Shown here: positions 51,401 through 63,640 of the stretch, in pieces
How positions within the stretch are numbered: position 1 is the stretch's first letter
How the letters are laid out: each line of letters begins with the position of its first letter
Assembly (NCBI RefSeq): GCF_006345805.1
Contig: NC_043000.1
Coordinates: forward strand, 57,164,001 to 57,228,000
DNA from: Octopus sinensis
Lineage: Eukaryota
Direction: 5' to 3'
DNA: 64,000 nucleotides
The notes under the pieces: model-generated
Seen by the model: only the letters and a program-made list of their open reading frames with translations
Told to the model about the DNA's origin: nothing
Databases searched by the model: none
Made by a program: the position numbers and the translations under genes

Positions 51401-51459
51401 ATTTTTATTATTGTTATTATTATATCCTTTATAAATTATATATTGAAAGTGCATGTGTA

Positions 51460-51583
51460 CAAGGGGTGTATGAAAAGTCTTGAGCCTTAAAAAAACAAAA
51501 CATGGTACAAGACTTCTGATGAAGGTACAAGACTTGAAGGCACAAAGGCCTTGAAGGGTCATAACCTTTCATACACCCCTCAA
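51460..51583. mobile_element. Mariner-type MITE
   Basis: TA|caaggggtgtatgaaaag ... cctttcatacacccctca; internal ggtacaagactt duplicated. Confidence 0.78.
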
Positions 51584-51611
51584 TACATGTGTGTTTGTGT
51601 GTGTGTGTATG

Positions 51612-51646
<35 letters not shown>

Positions 51647-51669
51647 AACGGGAAAATTTCAACCATTAC

Positions 51670-51700
<31 letters not shown>

Positions 51701-51849
51701 CAATTAATATTAATATTTACGAAAATATATCCCAACATATCATGCAGGCTATTGGATGTTATTGTACAGCACTGGTCACAATGCACTTTGTCACATAACT
51801 TTGGAATGACGCCACTACTCTGAATGGAATGCAAGTCTGTTGCATGGTT

Positions 51850-52140
51850 ACCCATTTACAGCTGAGTGGACTGGAGCAATGTGAAATGAAATGTTTTGCT
51901 CAAGAACATGACACAGTGCCAGCTTGCGATCTTGAATGCAATACCCTAGCTACTAGGTTGTGTGCCTTCACACACCCACACATACTTGGCTATGTGGTTT
52001 AGAAGCTTGCTTCCCAACCAGTTGGTTTAAAGTTTTAAGACCTCTGGGTGACACATTGAGCAAATGTCTTCAGCTATAGCCCCAGGTTGACCAAAGCTTA
52101 CTGAATAGATTTGATAGATAGAAATTGAAAGAAGCCATCT
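51850..52140. mobile_element. Head-to-head SINE heads (family E minus, family A/F plus)
   Basis: gctgagtggactggagcaatgtgaaatgaa...ctactagg, then ggctatgtggtttagaagcttgcttcccaacc...gaaattgaaagaagcc. Confidence 0.65.
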
Positions 52141-52352
52141 TGCCTGTGAGTTATCATAGGATCCCTTGACAACAATGTAAACTTCATTTGATTACGGTGT
52201 CTTTTGCGAGTAGCTGGCAGATTACCCCTCATTTGGGTAATTATTATTTCTGAGGCTCTGCTCGCTATGAAACATATGGAACTTGGATTTTGTCTATTTC
52301 ATTCCCAAATTTTAACTTTGGATACACACACACACACACACATACATGCATA

Positions 52353-52464
52353 CAGTAGTACCTCAGTTTTCGAACAACACTGCTCGCAAATAAATTATGC
52401 TTTATATATATATATAGTACAATATATCCGTGATCAGAGGCATTCGTAAACCGAGGTACTACTG
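52353..52464. mobile_element. Tigger/pogo-type MITE
   Basis: TA|CAGTAGTACCTCAGTTTTCGAA ... TTCGTAAACCGAGGTACTACTG|TA. Confidence 0.88.
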
Positions 52465-53118
52465 TATTAAATGAATATGAGAAAGACAGGAGTTAAATTA
52501 CGATTTATTCATGATCAGAGTTCTTCGAAAACCAAGGTTCTATTGTATATATGTTTGACCTCATATTCTCAGTGCTATTTATTTTAATGACTGAATTATG
52601 ATAAAATTAAAGCAAGAATCAGTGAACTTTGACATTAATTAATCTCAGAGCAGTGTGGGACTGAGCCATAATATCTTAACATAAAAAAAAAGGTAAAAAA
52701 AAATACAGCATGTTTAGCACATGTGAGATTTAACCAAATCCACTTTCCCCATCCTTGTTACTATATCTGCTACTACTTCTGCAGTTGGTGAGAGTTATGG
52801 GGAATTCTTTTGTAAAGAAAGACACAAACCTTGCCCCTTCTTTCAGGTGTAAAATTAACCAGAGACTGATATGATTTCAGAATTGGAAAGCATTTTACCT
52901 TGGATATCATGCAATCTTCAGTTTTGCACTTTACTATTTCATTCATCTTAATGTAGTAAACTGATTACAACAACAAGAATTGTTGTTGCTGTGAATTTAG
53001 TTACCTCCATTCATGTTCTGAATTCAAATCCGGCTGAAGTTGACTTTTCCTTTCATCAACCCAGGGTTGATGATAATGATTGTGACGCTGGTGATAAAAA
53101 CAGCAACAACAATAATGA

Positions 53119-53432
53119 TAATCATCATCATCATCATCGTTTAGTGTCCGTTTTACATGCTAGCATGGGTTGGACGGTTCAACTGGGGTCTGTGAAGCCA
53201 GAGGGCTTCATCAGGCCTAGTCAGATCTGGCAGTGTTTCTACGGCTGGATGCCCTTTCTAATGCCAACCACTCCGTGAGTGTAGTGGGTGCTTTTTACGT
53301 GCCACCCGCACAGGTGCCAGACAGAGCTGGCAAACGGCCACGAACGGATGGTGCTTTTTATGTGCCACCGGCACGGGGGCCAGGCGAGGCTGGCAACGGA
53401 CACAAACGGATGGTGCTTTTTACGTGCCACCG
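53119..53432 (-). mobile_element. Family C (RTE 3' UTR) with tandem units
   Basis: (cat)n, gtccgttttacatgctagcatgggttggacgg...ggatgccctttctaatgccaacc, then two to three tandem units. Confidence 0.85.
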
Positions 53433-53600
53433 TGGAATTGACATAAGGGTAGACCAAACTCAAAAAACTGCTCCATTGGGAGCAGCAAGGATTTTGAGAT
53501 TGGTACTTGGGTGATGAGTATCTTCCATGATACTTAACATCCAGGCACCAAGTGTTATAATTTGTGGAAAGAGACCCTGAGAGACCTTTGACAACAAGTC
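53433..53600 (+). pseudogene. R4/Dong-like LINE extreme C-terminus
   Basis: GIDIRVDQTQKTAPLGAARILRLVLG* matches the R4-clade terminal motif QKxAxLGTARILRxVL. Confidence 0.6.
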
Positions 53601-53659
53601 TTCTCTCACAGAATTAACCAGAGCAAGTAAGATTGAGAGCTCTGAGAAATAAAGTAAAA

Positions 53660-54830
53660 TAATATAATAATAATCCTTTCTACTGTATGCACAAGGCCTG
53701 AAATTTTGAGGGAGGGAGCTAATCGCTTACATCGACCCCGATGTTCAACTGGTGCTTATTTTATCAACTCCAAAAGAACGAAAGGCTAAGTTGGCCTCAG
53801 TGGCATTTGAACTCAGAATGGAAAGGCAGACAAAATGCCTAGCAGCAATTTTGTCCAATATGCTAACGATTCTGCTGGCTCATTGCCTTAATAATAATAA
53901 TAATATAATAATAATAATAATGGTTTTAAATTTAAGCACACATCCAGCAATTTGGTCTGATACTTTAGTTTTTGACCCTGGAGGGATGAAGGCAATGTTG
54001 ACCATGGCAAGAATTGAACTGAGAACATAAAGAGCCAGAAGAAAAGTTACAAGGCCTCTTATCTTTAATAATAATAATAATAATTAGAAGTTGTGGAAGT
54101 AAATCTTGTGTACTATTTTGAAATAACACTGAAGTTTATTTATTTATCACCAAGAAAAAAAATTGCAATTTACCTTTTTTTTCATTTCCTCCCCTTAAAA
54201 ATTTATTTTGGTGTCTCATTTTCTCTTCAGTTTCTTGCTTGGAATTTTGGGTGGGGTTGAATCTTGTATAAATTTAAACTAGAAACATCTTATTTAGAAT
54301 TAGCAGACATTCTTTTACTGTTTTTCCAGATTTAGACTGATGCATAGCCATATACTTAAAAAGTTCACTCTACAGGTACATGGTTCCAAGGTTGCAATCC
54401 TCTGGATTGGCCCTTGGACATGTGTCTTGTGCCATAATTGTGTTGACAGAAATTGTGCAGAAACCTGGCAGAGGGACTGTTTAGATTTCATACCAGAATA
54501 GCAAAACCAGTGTGTAATAATTCTTTCTACTAAAGGCACATGACCTGAACTTTTGGGGAAGGGGACTAGTTGGTTTCGTCAACCCCATTACTTGACTGGT
54601 TTTTACTATATATAAGATGAAAGGCAAAGTTGACCTTGGCAGAATTTGAACTCAGAATGTAAACACACTGATGATATACCACTAGATGTTTTGTCTGGGG
54701 TGCTAACAATTCTACCAATTTGCTGCCTTACAGATATATAATAATGGTCTCAAATTTTTGCATAAGGCCAGCAGTTTCAGGGAAGGGACTAAGTTGATTG
54801 CATCAACCCCAGTGCTTAACTGGTACTCAT
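53660..54830 (-). mobile_element. Cluster of four co-oriented family B SINE copies or fragments with (AAT)n tails
   Basis: 53660-53890, 53921-54085, 54515-54730 and 54740-54830 share the (g)atgaaaggcaaagttgacc / gaactcagaa core on the same strand. Confidence 0.75.
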
Positions 54831-56244
54831 CTTTCAAAAGTGCTAGTGATTGTTATCATGTAGTCTTAAGTTATCCCCAGTCAAGTAGATGTATGGTCAA
54901 AGGCACTCTGGCCACAACCATCCCGTCTTGTTTGCCAGGAATCCCAGATCACTTTATCCTATATGTTCTTTTTTTTAAGACAGTAGGGTGTGATTTAAGG
55001 GAGATTAACTGCTATTTCTAGCCCCTTTATTGGCTCATCTGTCAATAACATACATACCAGACTACAATATATACTCAACAATACTCTTGAAGCTGATATC
55101 CCAGCATGGCCACAGTAAAATTACTGAAACCAGTAAAGAATCTCCATTATAACTTAGCTTGTGACATTTTTTGAAGGAAGAGAAACAATCAGTGTATCCT
55201 GTTCCATTATCCATTTAATTTACAATACCTTAAGTTGTCTTGTGGGATTATATCTTTAATTCTCCTCTCCTTCCTGTTCAATTTTTCTTTACTATTTCCT
55301 CCCTACCTCATCTCTCACATTTTCAAGTATTTGCTTTTACTTTCTGTCTATCCTTATAACTCTATATCTTTCACAAACACATACACACACACACACATAC
55401 TCTCTCTCTCTCTTCCTTCTCTCTCCCTCCCCCTCTCTCTCTATCTAGCTATCTCTCCTTTTCTGTCTAGTTAGCTAGATTTCTTTCTTTCTCTCCCCAC
55501 CCTATCTCTCGCTGTACTTGTTTCTGTCTGTCTGTCTTCCTTCTGTTTTTCATAGCCTCTCTCTCTCTTGAATTTTCCAAAAGTTCACACCACACAGTGT
55601 GGTTTGGAGAGGGATGGACTGTGCTGTTCTCAAACATTAACTAGAGACTGCAAGAAGAGGAAGTTTTCAATGGTGCCTCTATAAACCAATAGATTCTGGG
55701 ATTAACCATCATCATCATCGCCATTGTCATCATCCAGATCTTTCTAAATTACCCTCAATCCAAACATACACATCTGCACTCCCAGACACACCCACATAAA
55801 TACACACGTGCTTATGCACACAGAAGCAGAATGTCACCCAGCTTTGGTTGACAAGAAAGGAATGAACAAGATGTAACTGATACTGTACGTATGACCATGG
55901 GTGACATTTTACATATAAGATATTTCTCTCTCTCTCTCTCTCACTGCCATTTTGAGACAGTTTAAGTGTTTCTGTTGTTGATTTTATTGTTGTTGATGTA
56001 GTGGTAGTGGTAGTATATTTTGTGAGGGTTATATTGAGTATGTTTTTAATGAAAAAAATGTAACACCAGTAAATTAAGCAGACATGTGATGGTGAGGTTG
56101 TTGTCGTTGTCACCACCAATGTTTGCATTATTGTTAGGGTCATTACTATCCTCTCATACCTGCTGCATAGCTCATCATTCATACACACTTCCTCCTACAC
56201 ACAAGCATACACACACATACATACACACACATATATATAGAGAA

Positions 56245-56652
56245 GTAGTAGACTCGGGAAGACATGGGATGACGTGGTGAAGCATGACCTTCAAACATTG
56301 GGCCTCACAGAGGCAATGACAAGTGACCATGACCTTTGGAGATATGCCATGCTTGTAAAGACCTGTCATGGCCAATGCCAGAGCTGCCTGACTAGGACCT
56401 GTGCCAGTGGCGTGTAAAAACACCAAGCACAGCCGATACCAGTGCCACTTGACTGGCTCCCATGCTAGTGTCACATAAAAAACACCCACTACACTCTTAG
56501 AGTGGTTGGTGTTAGGAAGGGCATCCATCTGTAGAAACGTTGCTAAATCTGACTGGAGCCTGGTGCAGCCTCCCAGCCTGCCGGTTCTCAGTCAAACCAT
56601 CCAGTATGGAAAGCGGATGTTAAACAATGATGACAACGACGTTGATGATGAT
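56245..56652 (+). mobile_element. 5'-truncated RTE LINE
   Basis: gggaagacatgggatgacgtggtgaagcatgaccttcaaacattgggcctcacagaggcaatg (KTWDDVVKHDLQTLGLTEAM), then family C UTR and a decayed (GAT)n tail. Confidence 0.85.
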
Positions 56653-57589
56653 TTTATATATATAGGGCAGCTGTATATACATCCACATCTACCCAATGAT
56701 TTGTAATTTTTTTAACACTAGACCTTATACTGTACTAATAAAGGTTTGTCTTCTGTTATTAAATGTCCTTTTTAATGTCAACTATATAAGGTTTCTTTGA
56801 AGGATACTTGTGTATATGTATGTGCTTCATTTTTGCTTGTCATGTGTGTGTGTGTGTATAGGCCTCATATGTATATGGGCTCTTATGTGTGTGTATGTTT
56901 ATCAACCTGTCTTACTTTTGTATATCTGTCTTTCTAGGTGTGTGTAGGTGTTTGTTCAGTATGTGTATGACTGTTCTGTGTGTGTGTGTGTGTGTGTATG
57001 TACATTTTGACTACCTGTGTATATGTGTGTGTATTTGCATATTCTGTATGTATATGCCTGTTTTGTGTAGATATATGTGTGTGTGCGTGTTATGTATGTG
57101 TGTCTGTTTTGTGTGTGTGTGTGTTCTATATGTGTGCATATATATTTGTCTGTGTATATCTAAACAGAGAGAGAAAAGATGTAGGAGTTTGTATATCTCC
57201 TTAAAGATTCATGTGATAATGAGTGAATAAGTTGTATTCTTACATATCTCTCCCAATGATTTGCTCAGCCAGCCACAGGGCTTAACTTACTAAATCTACT
57301 TTTGATGAAACCTACATTACCCACCACGCCACCATATGCGCAGACACACATTCTTCAGACTGTGAACATCCCAAGTCTCAAGTCTAAAATGTTCAGGGTA
57401 GTATGTCCATAAAGTAGCAAGAACTGGAACATAAGTGATAAGGTCAGAAACACAGATCTGACCATTGAATTGTAACTATTTCATTTACTCTGCTGAACAT
57501 CCTTGGGAGAAGCATGAATATCACAAAACTCAATTTGTCCCTTCCTTGTAACTAATAGAGTTGGTCATCTGCTAATATGTATATATACA

Positions 57590-57780
57590 CTGAGGTGGCA
57601 AGTTGGCAGAATTTTTACTGTACTAGGCAAAATGCTTAGCAACATTTCATTCGTCTTTACATTCTGAGTTCAAATTCTGCTGGGGTCACGAAAATATCAG
57701 TTGAACACTGGGATCAATTGAATTGACTTAGTTCCTCCCCCAAACCTACTGCCCTTGTGCCAAAATTTGAAAATATTATT
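57590..57780 (+). mobile_element. SINE family B
   Basis: gaggtggcaagttggcagaa...cattctgagttcaaattctgc...cttgtgccaaaatttgaaa. Confidence 0.75.
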
Positions 57781-57785
57781 TATAT

Positions 57786-57830
<45 letters not shown>

Positions 57831-57869
57831 TCTGATTTAAAAAGGTTATACACTGGTCTCTATGTATTA

Positions 57870-58961
57870 AGCTCCTACCTCTGCTGGTGACAAAGGGCCT
57901 CCCGCTCAGAGTAAAACCTGGCCAAAGTTCAGAGAGCTCCTACCTCTGCTGGTGATAAAGGGCCTCTTGTTCAGAGTAACAGGTAGACTGTATGACACAT
58001 GTGTGAATAGCCATGCTACATTGAAACATAAGCCATGACTACTGAGGACATGCGTAAGTTTGCAAGGAATGAAGCTAGTATTCCCCACTGGATGTGTAAT
58101 GCCAGTGTGCATACATGACAGAGTGTAAGCCCCCTGAGAGAAAAGTTGGACATATGAAGCATTAGATGTGTTGTGCAAGAGAGATGACTGTGCTGATATG
58201 GTCGTGTGTTGCATACAGATGAGGACAGCTGTGTGAAAAAGTGTGACACCCTAGCAGTTGAGGGAACCTGTGTATGAAGCAGATCCAGGAAGACTTGGGA
58301 TGAAGTGGTGAAGCATGACCTTCGAACATTGGGCCTCACAGAGGCAATGACAAGTGACTGAGACCTTTGGAGATATGCTGTGCTTGAGAAGACCTGGTAA
58401 AACAAGTGAGACTGTAACTGTGGCCTATGCCAGTCCAGCATAACCGGCCCATTTAAGAGTACCCTTCAATCATTGGGCAATAAGCTGTGCTTGTGAAGAC
58501 CTGTTGAGTCAAGTGAAGTCATTGTTGTAACTGATGACAGTACCACCTGGTTGGTACCTGTGCTGGTGGCATGTAAAAAGCACCATTCGAGCATGATCGT
58601 TGCCAGTACCACCTGACTGGCTCCTGTGCTGGTGGCATGTAAAAAAGCACCATTCGAGCGCAGTCAGTGCCAGTGCTGCCTGATTGGCTCCCGTGCCTGT
58701 GACATGTAAAAAGCACCATTCAAGCATGGTCGATGCCAGTACCGCCTGACTGGCCCTCATGTGCGGTGGCACGTAAAAAACACCCACTACACACTCAGAG
58801 TGGTTGGCGTTGGGAAGGGCATGCAACTGTGGAAACTTTGCCAGATCAGATTGGAATCTGGTGCAGCCTTCTGGCTTGCCATCCCTCAGTCAAACCATCC
58901 AACCCATGCCAGCATGGAAAGTGGACGTTAAACAACAACAACGATGATGATGATGATGATG
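57870..58961 (+). mobile_element. 5'-truncated RTE LINE (ORF C-terminus, 3' UTR with VNTR, (CAA)(GAT) tail)
   Basis: WPKFRELLPLLVIKG...GRLYD...EDMRKFARNEAS...LREKLD...MDEDSCVKKC...SRKTWDEVVKHDLRTLGLTEAMTSD*DLWRYAVLEKT; stop at ~58409; three ~65-bp units; tail to 58961. Confidence 0.92.
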
Positions 58962-59489
58962 CCCAGTCACACTAACTATGACTGAGCATTAGTTAGATAC
59001 ACAAGTTTAAAGAGGCGAGGTACTGAATGCCATATACACACACAAAAATTCTTAATCAATTAAAATTTCCTTTTAGGTGGAGAAAGATGCATTTTCTTAG
59101 TAACTCTCAAAGAAAAATGTACGATAATTTCAAGAAGTTAAGAATTAATCTCTCAAATTTACATACTTAGGAGGAAAAAAATTTGACCTTTGATGCAGAC
59201 AAGTAGACCTCATCAACAAGATATAATCTAACTAAACCTGAAAATCAATGAACAAAGATTTGTACACAAAGGATTATGAATAGTTTCATTAGATCAGCTG
59301 TCTCTTGGTCATAGACTTACTAAAGTTGAGCTGATAATTACAATGGTTGTTACTGCTATTGTTATTAAAGTTGGCAAGCAGTTATTAAAGTTGGCAGTTT
59401 CCGCGGTTTTTTAAAATTTAAATTAGAGCCTTGGACACATTGTCTTCTAGAATTTCTTCTGATACTTTACATATGGAGTTCATATGTCT

Positions 59490-59945
59490 CATCATCATCA
59501 TAATCATCATTTAACATCTGTTTTCCATGCTGGCATGGGTTGGATGGTTTGACAGGAACTGACCAGCCGAAGAGCAGTCCAGGTTCCTTGTATGTTTTGG
59601 CATGGTTTCTACGGCTAGATGCCTTTCCTAATGCCAACCACTTTACAAAGTGTACTGGGTGCTTTTACACCCATGACCCCGCAAGGTTATGAATACTCAG
59701 CTGAAGAGGGATGTAGGGAACAGCCTGTATGTAAGGACAACCACAGTTTTACTTAGCTTGACATTTCTTTTCAAGCACAACAAACCACCTGGAGTCTCAG
59801 TCCCCTGTCATCCTCTCTGTGAGTCCCAACATCCATAGATCTTTTCTCACCACTTCATCCCCTGTCTTCCTGGATCTACCCATTTCATGTATTCCCTCTA
59901 CAATTTGAGATCAGCACTTCTTGAGGCATTCATATGCAGTACATT
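59490..59945 (-). mobile_element. 5'-truncated RTE LINE, diverged subfamily without VNTR
   Basis: Minus strand IVEG...GRSRKTGDEVVRKDLWMLGLTERMT...VVLEKKCQAK*, then a short UTR and (GAT)n tail. Confidence 0.8.

Positions 59946-59954
<9 letters not shown>

Positions 59955-60021
<67 letters not shown>
59955..60021. repeat. (TA)n microsatellite
   Basis: Directly visible; it provides the TA target of the adjacent mariner. Confidence 0.95.
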
Positions 60022-60022
<1 letters not shown>

Positions 60023-60896
60023 TAGGTTGGCAACTAAGTTCCCGCCGTTTTTTTTAAATTTAAATTTTTTGTCATGCGGCAGAAGCACTCCATGCTGACG
60101 ATTAGGTCTTTTCTCTTGAATAGCCATGTTGAGTCATTCCATCTGTTGAACATAAAGTTCCACATTGACCATTTGGTTCCGTTCAAGCAATTTGTAATGC
60201 ATAATCCCTTCCCAGTCCCACCATACACTCAACATCGTTTTACATGGATGAAGATCTTGTTTCACGTGTAGTGTCGCTTGTTTACCGGGATTAAGCCATT
60301 CCTTATACTGCTTCATATTGATGTACAGGCACCATTTTTCGTCGCCAGTAATGATTCAGTAAAGAAATCGTTGCTTGTGTCCATGAGTTGAGTGGTGACG
60401 AGCAAGCAAACCAGTGGAGATTGTGGCTTGTTGATTTTTGTTGTTATCACTTAAAGCATGCAGAAACCATGCGCCATACTTCTGAACCTTTCCCATCGAG
60501 TGAAGATGCTTCTCTATAGCAGTGTGGGAGCATTCCATTTTCTCTGCCAGTTCCCTTGTCGTTTGACAAGAATTTTCATGAAAAAGTTGGTTTAATTGCT
60601 CTACATTTTTGAACTTGGCATACCAATCACAAGCGGTTCTTTCAGTTATGGCACCCTCTCCATACATAGCACAAATGTCGCAAGCAGCTTTAGTGGCCTT
60701 AGAACTTTGATTAAAAGCAAAAAGAAGGAGGTGTCGAAAATGCTCATTTTTCTTAACTCGACATTCCATTTTAATGATCTGAAAATAAACAAAAATTAAC
60801 TAAAATTAACTAGAAAACAAAATAGATTCCAAAATTTAAAAACGCAATAAATTCCAAAATTTAAAAAAAATGGTGTGAGCTTAGTTGCCAACCCAA
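60022..60896 (-). mobile_element. Mariner transposon, internally deleted, both TIRs present
   Basis: TIRs ttaggttggcaactaagttc / gagcttagttgccaacccaa (18 of 20 match); encodes a mariner transposase on the minus strand. Confidence 0.95.
60065..60769 (-). pseudogene. Mariner transposase pseudogene
   Basis: ...KNEHFRHLLLFAFNQ...QTTRELAEKM...GKVQKYGAW...RFLY*IITGDEKWCLYIN...LHPCKTMLSVWWDWEGIMHYKLL...GVLLPHD; truncated at the second catalytic Asp region. Confidence 0.93.
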
Positions 60897-61081
60897 TCAT
60901 CATCATCATCATCATTTAGCGTCCGCTTTCCATGCTAGCATGGGTTGGATAGTTCAACTGGGGTCTGTGAAGCCAGAAGGCTGCATCAGGCCCAGTCTGA
61001 TCTGGCAGTGTTTCTACGGCTGGATGCCCTTCCTAACGCCAACCACTCTGTGAGTGTAGTGGGTGCTTTTTACGTGCCAAG
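60897..61081 (-). mobile_element. Family C (RTE 3' tail), heavily truncated
   Basis: (cat)n ttagcgtccgctttccatgctagcatgggttgg...gggtgctttttacgtgcc. Confidence 0.88.
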
Positions 61082-63149
61082 CAATATATATATATATATA
61101 TATATATTAATGTTAGTTTTATTTGGTCTGTTAGAATAAAAATAAATTTACTATTCTTAAATAAGAATATTATTGATAGTAGCTTTGAAGCCACAATACC
61201 AAAATCTACATGATATGGTAGGCAGCAAAGCTGGCCCTTTGAATTACAGCTACAATTTAGCCAAAGGGCTTCCACAGTTAATTTATAATTTTTTTAAACT
61301 AATTATATAGTTAAAATAAAATTGAAGTGAATTCACAGCCAATGCATGTTTTATTGTCAATGTGATGTTCCCAAAGTGCGTCAGATATGTAGTGAAAATC
61401 AAAGTGAGACAGAAAATGTCAATTAAATATGGAGCACTTGTTGCTAGCCATTGGCACCAGAATCAGCATATTTTCAATGCATTTGCTGCCAAAAGGCTTT
61501 AATCCTTTGGGGCTATCTCTCTTGCTATGCCCAATAATTTTGAATAGCACAAAGGTGATAAACATTACAAAGAAAATAACTTAGGACATTGAGGACAGCG
61601 TTATAGAAGGGAGAGAGGCAGATACATGTAATTTGGTTCAATATAAGATATATCCTAAAGTCTTTCAACTGTGAACAGAAATCCCATTTTACACTAAATT
61701 AATGTGTGTGTGTAAATACATACTCAAACATTGATACACACACACACACTTAGGTACATATATATATATATATAATTTATTACAAACAGAATGGGATTGT
61801 ATTGAAATCTGGGGGTATGACGCATACAAGTAATTGAGGAGTTATGATCAAGTAAAAGTGAAAGGAGGAAGTAGACAGAAGTAGGTTGGTGGGTGTGCCT
61901 GCATGCATGTGTGTGTGTGTGTGAACTCGCTTGTGTGTGTATGTGTGGGTAGAAATAGTTCCATAATTTTGTGATTTAAAAAAAAAAAAGGTCCATGTAA
62001 AGTTGGAAGCAATTTGCTATTCATGCTTATATACTCAAAATGCAGTGAAACAAATCATAATGTAACACCATAAAAACAAACACAGACAAATAATGTTTTG
62101 CAACAAGTAAAGGAAAAAAAATTTACATATATGTATATAACATTCTTCTGGCCTTCCATACTTCTGTTTGCCTCTTGCTTCACAAACAATGAAATATACA
62201 CATAACTATATGAAAATAATGGTTAGCAGTTAATATGGCCTTCTTCTAGTTATAAATTACATCTACAGATGCAAACAGCAACCTAATAAGTCAAGGCAGC
62301 ATAACTATTTTTGATTGGTTATAACTGCCCAATTGCTAGCATTTCAGCTACTTTTCACTGAATTCTTTTTGAGCCCCCTTCAAACAGATACCTGAATCAG
62401 GCACATTGTCTCTGTCACACAGTCTCTTGATCTCTTCCTTTTTCTGAGTTAGCACACGCACACACACACACACAAAATATACATGCAGAAGAACACACAC
62501 ACCTGCAAAGCATACATGCAGAAGAACACACACACACAAAAACATGCATGCATAAGAACAGATTCATGTTGCCTGAAATTCTTCCTGACAGAACTGAAGG
62601 GGTCACTTTACCACTTTTCCTCTCCAGCTTAACTTTCATCAGCTTTGGGTATGACCTAAGTGAAAGGGCCTACTCTTGAGCCTACTCTCAGTATGAATAT
62701 GTAGACTGGGAGAGGGCTATTGCCCCTGATAGTCAGGGTAACTCAGGATCTGCTATGTTCCTTGATTGATGACTGGTGACTCTACATGGCAGTCCTACTT
62801 GCTTTAGAAACACTATATAAAATATAATTTTGTATACTGCATATGCTTCCATTTTCATATTCTCATTCAATTTCAGTGTAAATATTGTTTTTGTAACCTA
62901 TCCATGTAAATACTGTTTTTGTAACCTATCCACTCCTCATCACATTACCCTTTTGACAAATAAAAGAAATCATTATCATCTATGGGTAGTGGATTACCAG
63001 ATTCATTACAAGTGTCAGACTAAATGCCTTGTGATATTTGTTCTGGCTCTTTGTTCTGCATTCAAAATAAAATGCCTGTCAAAATTGGAGTTGATTTAAT
63101 TGACTAAACATATCCCAAAATTGTTGGCTTTGTAATTACATTATTATTA

Positions 63150-63424
63150 TTATAGTGGGCTGGCAGAATAGTTAGTATGCTGGGCAAAATGCTTAGCAGT
63201 ATTTCATCTGTCGCTATGCTCTGAGTTCAAATTCCGTTGAGGTCAACTTTGCCTTTCATCCTTTCGGGGTATATAGTTTAAGTAATAGTTGAGTACTAAG
63301 GATTGATGTAATCGACTTAACCCCTCCCCAAAAATTTCAAGCTTTGTGCCTTCAGTAGAAAGGATTATTATTATTATTATTATTATTATCATTATTATTA
63401 TTATCATTATTATTATCATTATTA

Positions 63425-63455
<31 letters not shown>
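63150..63455 (+). mobile_element. SINE family B with long (ATT)n tail
   Basis: gggctggcagaatagttag...ctctgagttcaaattcc...ggtcaactttgcctttcatcctttcgggg...gtagaaaggattatt(att)n. Confidence 0.88.
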
Positions 63456-63456
<1 letters not shown>

Positions 63457-63499
63457 TACTTTTAATCTCCATGTTTGTTACAATCACTTGCCAAGACAC

Positions 63500-63640
63500 A
63501 CTTGGCATCCTAGGGCAAGTAAAGGAATCTTTCTTGGGTTTCTTACAGGATCCAAGGATGGCACTTTTCAGCAAGTCAACAATGTATGCTTCAATTCCAG
63601 TGTTCTTCAGCATCTGGGGTAGTAGTTTCAGCTTGTGTCA
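63500..63640 (-). pseudogene. Possible R4-like LINE C-terminal remnant
   Basis: LKNTGIEAYIVDLLKSAILGSCK resembles the R4 terminal motif LQKSAILG. Confidence 0.35.

Noticed and set aside
58550-58780. Regularly spaced repeats as a CRISPR array (also 1397-1530, 9075-9355, 53290-53432)
   Set aside because: The DNA is eukaryotic, the units repeat along their whole length with no unique spacers, there are no cas genes, and they lie inside LINE 3' ends.
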